Shown here: one piece after another, positions 14,549 through 23,865 of the stretch
How the letters are laid out: each line of letters starts with the position of its first letter
Position numbering within the stretch: the first letter of the stretch is position 1
Origin: a virus
Taxonomy: Duplodnaviria > Caudoviricetes
DNA length: 36,468 bases
Virus record (IMG/VR): IMGVR_UViG_3300046813_000065
Location: 1-36,468 of that record
Direction: 5' to 3' (one strand)
Program-made: the position numbers and the translations under genes
Notes under the pieces: model-generated
The model's database searches: none
What the model was told of the DNA's origin: nothing
The model's input: the letters and a program-made list of their open reading frames with translations, nothing else

Positions 14549-17320
14549 CTACATGCCCAGGATGGCCGGGTAGGCCAGCCGGATGTCCTCGCCCGCCGTG
14601 TGGGCCTTCACTACGCCGTTGATGCTGCGGGTCACTGTCATGGTCTGCGGGTTCGCGGCGCCGGTGATGCCTGTCACGGTCAGCTGCTCGCCGCCCATGA
14701 TGACGTCGGCCGGGAAGTCGGCCGCCGCCGTGGTCCACAGCGGGAACGTGGCTGCGGTGTCCGCGGTGATGGAGGTGGCGGTGCTGGTGCAGTTCGCGTG
14801 CAGCGTGCAGCCGTCAGTGTCGGCGTGTCCGTAGACCGGGTCGTCGGCGATCGCGGTCTCGTACGGTGACTCCGGAATGGTGTTCCATTGCTCATCCAGG
14901 ATGTATCCGCCGAGCTGCTCGGTGATCCCGGCTGCTATCTGCTTGATCCTGCCGGGCGGCAGCCATGCGGGCGGGTTGGCGATGTCGATCCGGTCTCCGA
15001 TGTCGAGGTCTTGCAGCGCGTGATACAGCGCTGCCACCTGCGGCCGGGCCAGGTTGGCGGAGATCAGCGGATACCGCATCTCGTCCGCGGAACGCACGTG
15101 CAGGATCCAGCCCGCCACGTCAGCGAGGAGGCTGTCAGTCCAGGTGCTGGCCGTGAAACTGGCGTCATAGGTGCCGATCCCGGCCGGGGGCGGCTGCACG
15201 CTGGCAGCACCGCTGGCGAGGACAGCCCGCGCGCTCGACCCCGCGGGGCGGGTGACCGTGACGTCATTGACCATCAGCTGATCGTCGTCTGACGGCCGCA
15301 GCGACCCGGCGAGGTCGGCGTGCGCATAGTCCAGGGTCACCGCCGCGGCCTGCTGCTCCATCGACTGCCGGGTGCGGTAACCCAGGGCGAGCGCCGTCCG
15401 GGGCTCGAATATCATCCCGCGGTCGGTGTCCTCGCACTGCTGCAGGATGTTGATGAGTGTGTCAATGGGCTGCGCGCCCATCAGCACGCTGCTGTCAGGG
15501 TGCCCGCTGATCCGGCAGGCGACGCCCTCCTCGGTGCACAGCCTGGCGAACCGGTTGCCCGCGCTTTCGCTTGCCCAGGCGTTCAGCGGGCCGATGAAAC
15601 CGAATAGGGACTGCCAGGAGGACTGGACGCTGAAATGGCCTGCCCCGGTGTCGCCGAACTGCTTGCCCGGGTTGATCTCGATGCTGGTCACCGGCCCGAC
15701 TGTCCCGGCCACAGTCGGGTTCCCGGAGGCGGTCCCGGAACTGGCCCCGATCTTGAGGATGACAGTGGAGTACTGGATGTTGGCGCCGGAGGTCTGCAGT
15801 TCCAGCGACATCCACAGCGGGGCGCCGTTGACCCCGTACGTGACGTAGCCGGTGTCGAAAAGCTGGGCGCCGGAGGCGTCGTATCCGAGCAGCCGGATCG
15901 ATCCGCCGCTGACGGTCCCGTATTGCAGGTCCGCGTGGCGGACGGTGCCGGATGTCCACATCCGGGCCAGGATCGCCGTGTCCGGGGCCCCGCCGGCGGG
16001 GACGGACAGCAGGAACCGGAAGATGTTCGCCGGGCTGCCGGGCTGCGTGTACCGGGGGACAGTGCCGGCCAGCGCCGTATTGGCCAGCAGCGGCAGCGGC
16101 GCGGAGCAGGCGAACGCCGTGCTGGCCGCGAAGCCGGGGATCCCGGTCATGGGCAGGCCGCCGGCGAGTCCCGAGGCCAGCTGCGTGGAACCCGCGCTGT
16201 CTTCCCCGGGCCAGTAGGCCACCGGGACGGACTGGCCGCTGGCAGGTGTCCGGATGAACGCGCGGCGCATCGGGGAACTCAGCGGGGACCTGCCCGGCGG
16301 CTGGGTGAGGCGGCGCAGGATCCCGGCCGCGTTTATCTGGGTGTAGACATCAGTGCCGGTGGCATCCCATCCTGGCGGCCACGCTGGGACCTCGCCGTGA
16401 AAACGGTACTTCCGGCCGGTGAATTCCGCGGTCCCGGCGAGGGTGAACACGTTGCCTTGCGCATCGGTCAGCGTGGCATTGCCCGGAGTCGCCGTGGTGA
16501 AGTCCGGTGATGCTTTGACGGTGCCGCCGATCCCGGAAAGCAGCTTGAACGCGTACAGCCGGCCGGTTACCGCGTTACAGGCGTGGTTGGCGGGGAAATC
16601 GTCGGCCTGATAGCCGATCACCAGCGGCGCCGTGCCGTCGAACACCGTCCGGGCGCCCAGCACGGCAGCCGGTCCCAGCTGCGTCCATGGCCCCGCGGCC
16701 GTCGCCGCGGTGTAGAAGATCACGGTCCCGGTGGCGGTGGCCAGCGTCACCTTGACCGCCATTCTTCCGAGGGGCATCGGCAGCGCCGCGGTGACGGCCG
16801 CGGCGGAAGCACCATCAGCGGACCAGTAGAAACGCAGGAGCCCGTCGCCGCCGCCGCTATCGCCGAAGGACAGGAGCCAGCTCCGCTGGCTACCGGTGGC
16901 GGCCCATTTGCTGGCGAGAACCGCCGGCCTGTAATCCGAGAGCAGCATGTCAATCTGGATTTCGAGATTGCCCGTGACTGACAGGCCAACGCTGTCCGGG
17001 GCGCTGATGTAACTGGCATTGTCGGTCTCGGACCGGTAGCACGCAGTGGCTTCCGGGACGCTGATTCGCAGCGGCGTGTTCCGGCCGATCGTGCCGTAGT
17101 AGGCGCCAGCGGGATTGCGGGGGCTGAACCTGCCATCGCGGTTATTGAGTTCTAGCGCCGCCGCCGACGGGCTGGCCTGGCTGGACTCGTCGGGCCGGCC
17201 GCGGATGATCTGCGCGGGCCCGGACCGCTGGTACACGTAGCCGCCGGCGGTGATGTCAGTCCAGGCACCGCCGAGCAGCAGCTCGACCCTGGTGTCGAGC
17301 GGCGTGGCAGGGAAAACCAC
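14549..17320 (-). CDS. Large tail tip/baseplate protein with LamG-like domains
   Basis: Follows the tape measure. RGRPDE...LNNRDGRFSPRNP, AYWPGED and RFARLCTEEG motifs. Confidence 0.8.
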   Translation of the reverse strand: MVFPATPLDTRVELLLGGAWTDITAGGYVYQRSGPAQIIRGRPDESSQASPSAAALELNNRDGRFSPRNPAGAYYGTIGRNTPLRISVPEATACYRSETDNASYISAPDSVGLSVTGNLEIQIDMLLSDYRPAVLASKWAATGSQRSWLLSFGDSGGGDGLLRFYWSADGASAAAVTAALPMPLGRMAVKVTLATATGTVIFYTAATAAGPWTQLGPAAVLGARTVFDGTAPLVIGYQADDFPANHACNAVTGRLYAFKLLSGIGGTVKASPDFTTATPGNATLTDAQGNVFTLAGTAEFTGRKYRFHGEVPAWPPGWDATGTDVYTQINAAGILRRLTQPPGRSPLSSPMRRAFIRTPASGQSVPVAYWPGEDSAGSTQLASGLAGGLPMTGIPGFAASTAFACSAPLPLLANTALAGTVPRYTQPGSPANIFRFLLSVPAGGAPDTAILARMWTSGTVRHADLQYGTVSGGSIRLLGYDASGAQLFDTGYVTYGVNGAPLWMSLELQTSGANIQYSTVILKIGASSGTASGNPTVAGTVGPVTSIEINPGKQFGDTGAGHFSVQSSWQSLFGFIGPLNAWASESAGNRFARLCTEEGVACRISGHPDSSVLMGAQPIDTLINILQQCEDTDRGMIFEPRTALALGYRTRQSMEQQAAAVTLDYAHADLAGSLRPSDDDQLMVNDVTVTRPAGSSARAVLASGAASVQPPPAGIGTYDASFTASTWTDSLLADVAGWILHVRSADEMRYPLISANLARPQVAALYHALQDLDIGDRIDIANPPAWLPPGRIKQIAAGITEQLGGYILDEQWNTIPESPYETAIADDPVYGHADTDGCTLHANCTSTATSITADTAATFPLWTTAAADFPADVIMGGEQLTVTGITGAANPQTMTVTRSINGVVKAHTAGEDIRLAYPAILGM

Positions 17321-17326
17321 CGGCCA

Positions 17327-18937
17327 TCATCTCCCCAGCACGGATGGGTCGCCGCCGCGGACCCGGATGCTTTGTTTCAGCCATGAGACGAACATCTGCT
17401 CCAGGCCGCTCACCGGATGCTGCACTTGCAGGATCACCTGCACCGGGGCGCCCATCTGGCCGAGCATGGCATCGCTCTGGCCGTGCGCGTACACCATTGA
17501 CCCGGTGGGCAGGCGGATGAGCTCGCCGCCGCGTTCGGCGACCTGGGTCAGGCCGCCGTGCGGGCCGCCGGCCGCCGCCGCGCCGACGATGCCGCCATGC
17601 TCCAGGCCGATCGCGCCGAGGATCTTGCCCGGAATGCTGCCGAGCGCCCCCGCGATCCGGGACGGGATCGACCCGATGAAATTCACGATCTCCGCCAGCC
17701 AGCCCATGATCTCGCGGTAGGCGCGTATCACGGGGCTGACCAAGACGCCGTAGACGGCGTTCCATCCGCGGCGGACCGCGGCGAGGACGGCGCTGAACAC
17801 GCCAGCCACCTGATGCCAGTGAGTGACGATATACGCCACGGCGAGGCCGACAGGGCCGGTGAGGATCCCCAGCAGCAGCGGCCAGTGCCCCTTGATCCAC
17901 GACCACACCCCGTCGACGGCCACCAGGATGGCATGCCAGATCTGCCTCCAGTGCTTCCCGAGTTCCACGCCGATCGCGATGAGGATGGCCACCGCGGCCA
18001 CGACCGCCAGGACCGGGGCTTCCAGTGCGAGGATCACCAGCGCCAGCCATGCCAGCAGCGGCAGCAGCAGGTGGGTATGCTGCAGCCACTTCAGGATCGC
18101 CGCGGTGAGCTTCGCCACGAACGCGATCACCGGGACCAGGTCAGTGGCGAGCAGAATGATCAGCGGCAGCAGGATCTGCAGCAGCTGCACCCCCGCGGGA
18201 CCGGCCTGCATGAACAGCTGCATGAACAGCCGCAGCAGGCCGATCAGTGCCGGGCCGAGGACCTGCCCCATCTGATCGGCCAGGACGGTCAGGGTCGCGG
18301 TGAACTGGGTGAAGAACGGGGATTTCACGAACCGGGTGAGCATCTCGATCAGCGGTGCGAGGACCCCGGCACCGGCCTGGGCGAGGGCGGACAGGACTGG
18401 CATCAGCGCCGTCGCGAGCTTGATCCCCAGGGACGCGACGGTGACGATCACCGGGGTCATCTGGTTTTCCAGTTTCCCCCATGACGCTTTCAGCCCGTCG
18501 ACCTGCCCCATCAGTCCTTTCTGCGACGCGGTGAGCCCCTCGGTTGCGCGCTGCTCGGCTTTCAGCGCCGACGCCCGCCCGGCCGCGGTCGCAGCCTTGG
18601 TGTACTGAAGCTGCGCGGCGAGGAGCTGCTTGTGCGCGGTTTCCACCTTGGCAAGGACGGGGATGGCGATGGCGCCGAAAGCGCCCATGGCCACGCCGGC
18701 GGCGCCCAGCGGCGCGGCCATGGCGAGCACCCCGGATGCCCCGGCGAAGATCCCGCCGCCCTTGCCGAGGTTCTGGCCGATGTTCCCGAGACGGCCGCTG
18801 ATGTGCGTGCCGAGCTTGTCGAAGATGCCGCCGATCCGTGAGGCGCTGGCCTCCATCTCATCCTCGACGACAGGCTTCTTCCCCAGCGCGCTCTTATCCC
18901 GGCTGCGCACGAGGATCTCAACCGTATTCTCGGCCAT
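17327..18937 (-). CDS. Tape measure protein (536 aa)
   Basis: Follows the chaperone. Ala/Leu-rich helical sequence with periodic W/F repeats and a C-terminal GGIVG...VAERGGELIRLPTGS motif. Confidence 0.88.
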   Translation of the reverse strand: MAENTVEILVRSRDKSALGKKPVVEDEMEASASRIGGIFDKLGTHISGRLGNIGQNLGKGGGIFAGASGVLAMAAPLGAAGVAMGAFGAIAIPVLAKVETAHKQLLAAQLQYTKAATAAGRASALKAEQRATEGLTASQKGLMGQVDGLKASWGKLENQMTPVIVTVASLGIKLATALMPVLSALAQAGAGVLAPLIEMLTRFVKSPFFTQFTATLTVLADQMGQVLGPALIGLLRLFMQLFMQAGPAGVQLLQILLPLIILLATDLVPVIAFVAKLTAAILKWLQHTHLLLPLLAWLALVILALEAPVLAVVAAVAILIAIGVELGKHWRQIWHAILVAVDGVWSWIKGHWPLLLGILTGPVGLAVAYIVTHWHQVAGVFSAVLAAVRRGWNAVYGVLVSPVIRAYREIMGWLAEIVNFIGSIPSRIAGALGSIPGKILGAIGLEHGGIVGAAAAGGPHGGLTQVAERGGELIRLPTGSMVYAHGQSDAMLGQMGAPVQVILQVQHPVSGLEQMFVSWLKQSIRVRGGDPSVLGR

Positions 18938-19160
18938 CGGCGCTCACCTCCTCCCGCTTCACTCCCAGCGCCTCGATCCGCAGGAGCCGCAGTACTCCCG
19001 CGTCCTCTGCAAGCACCGCCGACGGCAGGCAGCGGAACCGGTCGCACAGGCCGAGGATCAGTTTCGCCTCCGTCAGCTCCGCGGGCTCGGTGACAAGATC
19101 TCCATCGGAATCGAAGCTTCCCGCGAACTCGCGTGCCCGTTCGCAGGCGGCGGCAAAGGG
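18918..19160 (-). CDS. Tail assembly chaperone -1 frameshift extension (G-T type)
   Basis: Slippery C-CCT-TTG at 19160-19154. The -1 frame is open to TGA 18918: ...DLVTEPAELTEAKLILGLCDRFRCLPSAVLAED... Confidence 0.75.
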   Translation of the reverse strand, partial: PFAAACERAREFAGSFDSDGDLVTEPAELTEAKLILGLCDRFRCLPSAVLAEDAGVLRLLRIEALGVKREEVSADGREYG

Positions 19161-19513
19161 GTATCGACCGACGCGATCGCGTCCATCCAGGCCATGGTTA
19201 TCTCCAGGATGAAGGCAAGGTCCTGCGAGCCGACGCCGTCACGGTCCGCGGGCACAGGCTGGCCGTCTTCTTCCAGGTTCCAGCCCACCAGCCGCGCGGC
19301 GAACCGGCTGAAAAGCGCGTCCATGGCGTCAAGCGCCCCGGCCATCCGCTGCGGGTCGTCCCTGACCTTTGCCAGGTCCACGCCGATGAGACTGGAAGCA
19401 TGCCGCATGAGGGCGGTGAAGCCGTCTACGGACAGGCCCCTCATCGTGACTTTGAAGTCTGGATGGTCCTCGAACCGGAGCTGGTACAGCTTCGGTTTCT
19501 GCTCGTAGCCCAT
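19073..19513 (-). CDS. Tail assembly chaperone
   Basis: Lies between tail tube and tape measure; LVGWNLEEDGQPVP motif; slippery site near its end. Confidence 0.8.
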   Translation of the reverse strand: MGYEQKPKLYQLRFEDHPDFKVTMRGLSVDGFTALMRHASSLIGVDLAKVRDDPQRMAGALDAMDALFSRFAARLVGWNLEEDGQPVPADRDGVGSQDLAFILEITMAWMDAIASVDTPLPPPANGHASSREASIPMEILSPSPRS

Positions 19514-19528
19514 TGTCGCCAGCTCTCC

Positions 19529-19972
19529 CTATGACCACGTGGGGATCGCGCCGTTGCCGAGGACGCCCGGCACGGACCAGGTGAATTCGCCGGAGGCCGC
19601 CCGGGCCAGCGCGTAGTCGGTGAACAGCACCGCCCCGTTGCCCGCGCCGGCGGTGCCGAGGTTCAGGCTCGCGGCCACCGTGCCCGTGACAGTGAGCGCC
19701 AGCATCCGCAGCACGCTGGTGCTCGGCACTGAGGAGAACACGGCGTGCGCGCTGGTGGTGGCCGCGGAGTTGAACACGCCGTTGAGCGTGATCGAGAAAT
19801 CGGCGAGCTGCAGCAGCCGCTCGATCGCGGATTTGTCGAGGCCGGTCACGTCCTGGACGCCGCGCGGCGTCGCGAATTGCATGTTGGTGATGTCGTTGCG
19901 GACATCCCGGCTGGTGTTGGTGCCGTCGCCGATGGACATGGCCGTCCAGGCGAGGCCCGTGCTCTTCGCCAC
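19529..19972 (-). CDS. Major tail (tube) protein candidate
   Basis: Directly upstream of the chaperone; DVTGLDKSAIERLLQLADFSITLNGVFN. Confidence 0.7.
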   Translation of the reverse strand: MAKSTGLAWTAMSIGDGTNTSRDVRNDITNMQFATPRGVQDVTGLDKSAIERLLQLADFSITLNGVFNSAATTSAHAVFSSVPSTSVLRMLALTVTGTVAASLNLGTAGAGNGAVLFTDYALARAASGEFTWSVPGVLGNGAIPTWS

Positions 19973-19975
19973 AGG

Positions 19976-20425
19976 TCAGCCCCTCTCGTGTGCGGTGCGG
20001 ATCTCGTCCAAGGTCCCGGCCATGTCCTCAACCCAGTCATCTGGCCGGACGTGCTCGCGTGCCGGGATGCGAAGCGGGTTGCCGCGCCAGTCGCCGCCGG
20101 TCACCAGGAACCGTTCCGGCCGGCCGGTCAGCAGTTTGTGCGGGCGGAAACAGGCCTGCCCGGCTGGGAAGGTGAAGACGGTCACGCCGAGACCGTGCCG
20201 TTCCTCGGCGTGCTCGCGGGACCGGTCGCGGCGGATATAGTGCGCCTGCCGCTGCCCCAGATCGGTGTTCTCGTCCACGGCCGTCTGCCAGCCGTTCGCG
20301 AACGCCGCGCAGCCCGCCTCCTCGCAGGTGGCGTCCCGCCAGTGGGTGGCGAGCGGCGCGGCGATCTGGTAAGTCTTCATCGCCGCCGCAGACAGCGCAG
20401 GCTGGACCCGGAAAGGCTGCATCAC
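19976..20425 (-). CDS. Conserved tail-region protein with Cys/His motifs
   Basis: THWRDATCEEAGC...GW...HYIR...FPAGQACFRPH. Confidence 0.7.
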   Translation of the reverse strand: MMQPFRVQPALSAAAMKTYQIAAPLATHWRDATCEEAGCAAFANGWQTAVDENTDLGQRQAHYIRRDRSREHAEERHGLGVTVFTFPAGQACFRPHKLLTGRPERFLVTGGDWRGNPLRIPAREHVRPDDWVEDMAGTLDEIRTAHERG

Positions 20426-20724
20426 ATCTCCGCCTTCCTGCGCTCTGCCAGCTCACGGCGCTCCAGGTAGGTGAGCCGTTCCCCCATGATGCTGTGCTCC
20501 CGGTCGGCCCGCTGCTGCCGCAGTTCGAGGTCCTTGCGGATCAGCTCATGTTCCGCATCTTTGCGGACGATGAGCTGCTGGACGTCTTCCACCAGTTCAA
20601 TGATCTTGTTCTCGACTGTGGTCCACCGGCCGGTGATGCGGATGATGTACCCCGCCAGGGCGGCCATGATCGCGAACAGCCCCCCCGTCACGGCCACCAG
20701 GGCGCTGAACTGGGCGGCCGGCAT
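20422..20724 (-). CDS. Single-TM plus coiled-coil membrane protein
   Basis: TGATG/ATGA coupling; hydrophobic ALVAVTGGLFAIMAALAGYII followed by a heptad-rich helix. Confidence 0.7.
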   Translation of the reverse strand: MPAAQFSALVAVTGGLFAIMAALAGYIIRITGRWTTVENKIIELVEDVQQLIVRKDAEHELIRKDLELRQQRADREHSIMGERLTYLERRELAERRKAEM

Positions 20725-21476
20725 CAGAACACCACCCCCGCTGCCGGATTCTTGACGAGATTGACCGCGAACTGCAAGTTGCTGTAACCGCCGGCCGTGG
20801 TGACCGACGCCCGCACCCACTCCCGCACTGTCGCGGTGTTGGCGATCGCGATCCGCTGGCTGCCGGTCCCCGTGGACTGGGCGAACGCGAATCCCGCCAC
20901 CGCGGCCCAGATGCTGTTGTCGGCGGAATCCTCGATCTTCACCGTGGCATCGGTCCCGGTGAACCCGACGACATGCAGATATGCCTGCGCGCCGAACGAC
21001 AGTGACGCGAGGGTATCAAGACCGGGGCCGAACTGGGCGCCACCACCGTAGGCGCGGATCCCCGGCGTCAGCGCCACGCCCCATTCGAGGCCGAACCCGT
21101 TCGCCACCGTGGATACCGCAAAGATCAGGCTGCCGTCGGCGGCGCGGCCCGGGTTGTAGTCGACCTGCTTGCAGTTGATGCTGGCGGCCGCGCCGCCGAC
21201 GCCGAGCGGCCCGGCGAAGAACGATGCGATCGTGTCGGCCGCAGGCAGTGGTGACAGCGCGGCATGCTCCTGCCCGGCGGCGGAGTCGAACAGGGTGGTG
21301 AAATCCATTGCGCCGTCCCGCAGGCCGCCGGCCCGCGCGTATGCGAACGCGTTGATGGGGGTCATGTCAAGCGCGGCCGGGCCGCCGCTGATCTTGCTCA
21401 GCGCATTGACGTTCCCGGAAAGATCGAAGCCGCTGATATAGAAGTTGGAGCCGAGGCCGCCCTGCTTGCCCGCCAT
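20724..21476 (-). CDS. Tail-tube-like structural protein with extra C-terminal domain
   Basis: Follows the tail terminator; its N-terminal half resembles 19529..19972. Confidence 0.65.
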   Translation of the reverse strand: MAGKQGGLGSNFYISGFDLSGNVNALSKISGGPAALDMTPINAFAYARAGGLRDGAMDFTTLFDSAAGQEHAALSPLPAADTIASFFAGPLGVGGAAASINCKQVDYNPGRAADGSLIFAVSTVANGFGLEWGVALTPGIRAYGGGAQFGPGLDTLASLSFGAQAYLHVVGFTGTDATVKIEDSADNSIWAAVAGFAFAQSTGTGSQRIAIANTATVREWVRASVTTAGGYSNLQFAVNLVKNPAAGVVF

Positions 21477-21490
21477 CCGTCACGACCTTT

Positions 21491-21565
21491 CTATGCGGCC
21501 TGCTCGCCGAGGCTGTCCAGCGCCTGGGCGGTCATCGTCGTGCTGCCCAGCGCGATGGTGATCAC
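21491..21565 (-). CDS. Putative 24-aa ORF MITIALGSTTMTAQALDSLGEQAA
   Basis: GTGA coupling to the tail-terminator stop; ends just before the next RBS; GC3-rich codons. Confidence 0.4.
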   Translation of the reverse strand: MITIALGSTTMTAQALDSLGEQAA

Positions 21566-22035
21566 ACCACGCCGCCTTGCAGCCACATGCCGTCGATGAT
21601 CACCGGGACGATGACCACCATGACCCGGTAGAACTTGCGGTCGATCTCCAGGTAGCCAGCCTGCGCCGACAGCGCCTGCCCGAACTCGCCGAGCAGGTCG
21701 ATCTCACGTATCGTCCCGCCGAGAGTGAAGTCGGCTGAGTATGCGGCGATCAGCGCCGACGCGGCAGCCACGATCCCTGGGTCGATGTCGTCCTGTGGTT
21801 CCTGCAGCATGTTGCTGTAAATGCGCTGGTGGAACACCACCCGGCCCGAGGTCTGTGACAGCCCCGATGCCGAGGGCAGCGGCTCGATCGTGTCCACCCA
21901 GGTTGAGCACAGCAGCCCGTTGCCGGGGGCGTTTTTCGGCTCGTGGCCAGCGACCTGGCCGAAAACGCCGAGGCCCGCTGCCTTTGATTTCACCGCGTCG
22001 AATATGGCGGCGACAGTGGCGGCATCGAAACTCAC
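21562..22035 (-). CDS. Tail terminator / head-tail completion protein
   Basis: Position in the operon; HEPKNAPGNG and DFTLGGTIREIDLLG motifs. Confidence 0.7.
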   Translation of the reverse strand: MSFDAATVAAIFDAVKSKAAGLGVFGQVAGHEPKNAPGNGLLCSTWVDTIEPLPSASGLSQTSGRVVFHQRIYSNMLQEPQDDIDPGIVAAASALIAAYSADFTLGGTIREIDLLGEFGQALSAQAGYLEIDRKFYRVMVVIVPVIIDGMWLQGGVV

Positions 22036-22259
22036 CGCGCATCATCCCCGGTGATGCGCGCGAACTCCTCACCGGCGATGAGCACGATCCTGATGTGCAT
22101 CTCCCGGCTGATGCGCTCGGCCTCCCTCCTCAGGACTTCACCCTTCGCGGCGGAAAGGCTGAGCGGCACCCGGACGGCGAGCACATCATCAGGCCTGACC
22201 ACGGCGACGCTTTCGCTGATGGCCGCGAGCACGGCCTCAGGGCCGGAGGTGGAACTCAC
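22032..22259 (-). CDS. Hypothetical protein
   Basis: Coupled on both sides; VRPDDVLAVRVP. Confidence 0.6.
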   Translation of the reverse strand: MSSTSGPEAVLAAISESVAVVRPDDVLAVRVPLSLSAAKGEVLRREAERISREMHIRIVLIAGEEFARITGDDAR

Positions 22260-22654
22260 GTGTGCCCTCCCATCCGGCCGATGTATTTACGCAGCGTGTC
22301 CCGCGCGATATCGGCGGATTTGCGGGCCAGCTTGATCCGGGTGCGCCGCCACAGGTGATAGCCCTTGAACCGGGTTGACGCGTTGCGCTTGGTGGTGCCC
22401 TCCAGCCAGGGCCCTGGCCAGTAGTCCCGGGCGTAGATCACCACGTCGCCGTAGGAGGCGGCCCGGGTTGTGATCGTTGACTGGTAGCGGCCGGTACCGC
22501 GGCCAGATCTGTCCATGGTGATCGCGTCGAGTTCCTTGACGCCCATGTCGGCTACCTGCTGCTTCGCGTCGTCGAGCCATGCGCGGACGGCTGCTTCGGC
22601 GCGGCCGTCGAAGATCGGCCCGGAGACGACGAGGTTGATCCGCGAGCGCGCCAT
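22256..22654 (-). CDS. Tail completion protein (HK97 gp10-like)
   Basis: SGPIFDG, TGRYQSTI and PWLEGT...TRFKGY motifs; basic; expected position. Confidence 0.7.
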   Translation of the reverse strand: MARSRINLVVSGPIFDGRAEAAVRAWLDDAKQQVADMGVKELDAITMDRSGRGTGRYQSTITTRAASYGDVVIYARDYWPGPWLEGTTKRNASTRFKGYHLWRRTRIKLARKSADIARDTLRKYIGRMGGHT

Positions 22655-22734
22655 CAGACGGCGCGCCCTAGAATACGAGAATGGCGCGTTACGTGCTTCA
22701 GCAAAGCGTGCCGCAGGAACTCCGGTAGTGCCAT
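22654..22734 (-). CDS. Putative 26-aa ORF MALPEFLRHALLKHVTRHSRILGRAV
   Basis: Fills the gap exactly (TAG-ATG and TGATG); atypical low-GC codons. Confidence 0.4.
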   Translation of the reverse strand: MALPEFLRHALLKHVTRHSRILGRAV

Positions 22735-23793
22735 CTAGATCACCCGCTGGCGGGCCTGGCGGCCGAACGCCGCAACGGTTTGCGCCCGCAGGTCCCGCAG
22801 CCCGGCGCCGGAGGCGTTGCGCAGGTTGTCGCCCTCGCCGACCGTCCGCGCCCAGCCGGACGTGTCGGACAGGAAAATGTTGAGCGCCTCGGCGATCGCC
22901 AGGTCCCTGACGAGCCCGGGGACCGCATGCAGCGCCACCGGGGCGGCGTTGAGGTGGGTCGCCGCGGCCGTGCCGAGCACCGCCCTGACGACGGTCAGCA
23001 GCCTGGGCGCGTAGATGGTGGCACCGCTGTGAGTGGCCAGCACTGTGCCGTCCCAGGCCCGCCGGACGGTGAGCACGTTCGCGGCGATGTCGACGATGAG
23101 CATCCGCTCGGAGTCGAGCAGCACCGTCTCACCCGCCGCGTACTTGGTGCCGTCGGTCACGGTAAGCGCGACGTCGGCCGCCGACGCGGTGCCTGCGCCG
23201 GCGCCCTGCTGGGCCTGCCCGGTGGTGACCATCGCCCGGTCGGTGACCAGCAGCCGCTCCGTGTCCATCAGTATCGACGACCCGGCGCCGATCAGCGACG
23301 AGTCGGACACGGTGACGGTGGTCACGCCGGTGGTGCCCACAGCCGCCGCGAGCGCCCCGGCCGGTGTGGTGTCGGCGCCGAACCCGAACACCCCGGCCAC
23401 GCTGACCGCGCGCTGCGGCGTCCCGGCGCCGCTGAACACGGCCGCGGTGGCACGGTTCAGATCGATCCTGCTGAACGGCGGCCCCGAGTTCACCGGCTCC
23501 AGGAAGTACTGGCCCGCCGGGATGACCACACCACCGGCCATCAGCACGGAGACGGAGATAACCTCGTGCTGGTTGAGCCATAGCCGCCACGGGTAGAACC
23601 GCTCGGGCTGCGGCCAGTCGAACAGCCGGGTCGCCGTGGCAGGCATGAAACTGCGGTTGCACAGGGAGTCGACGGCGCCGCGGGCACCCATCACCGCGCG
23701 GTCGATCTGCGCGTTGGCCCTGGCCGTCTCCTTGATGTCGAGAGCGGCCTTGACCTCGTCGCGCGTGCAGTAGCACGCGCCCGTGATCGCCAT
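22735..23793 (-). CDS. Head-to-tail adaptor with inserted repeated beta domains
   Basis: CYCTRDEVKAAL...IDRAV...VDSLCNRSF and PGLVRDLAIAEA motifs; internal repeat (I/V)L(M/L)D(T/S)ER(L/M)L. Confidence 0.8.
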   Translation of the reverse strand: MAITGACYCTRDEVKAALDIKETARANAQIDRAVMGARGAVDSLCNRSFMPATATRLFDWPQPERFYPWRLWLNQHEVISVSVLMAGGVVIPAGQYFLEPVNSGPPFSRIDLNRATAAVFSGAGTPQRAVSVAGVFGFGADTTPAGALAAAVGTTGVTTVTVSDSSLIGAGSSILMDTERLLVTDRAMVTTGQAQQGAGAGTASAADVALTVTDGTKYAAGETVLLDSERMLIVDIAANVLTVRRAWDGTVLATHSGATIYAPRLLTVVRAVLGTAAATHLNAAPVALHAVPGLVRDLAIAEALNIFLSDTSGWARTVGEGDNLRNASGAGLRDLRAQTVAAFGRQARQRVI

Positions 23794-23865
23794 CCTGTGC
23801 CCTTGCTTCCTTGGCCGTCAACTACGGGAGTCCCGCGGTTGAGGGATTGGCTGCTTATCCGGTTG

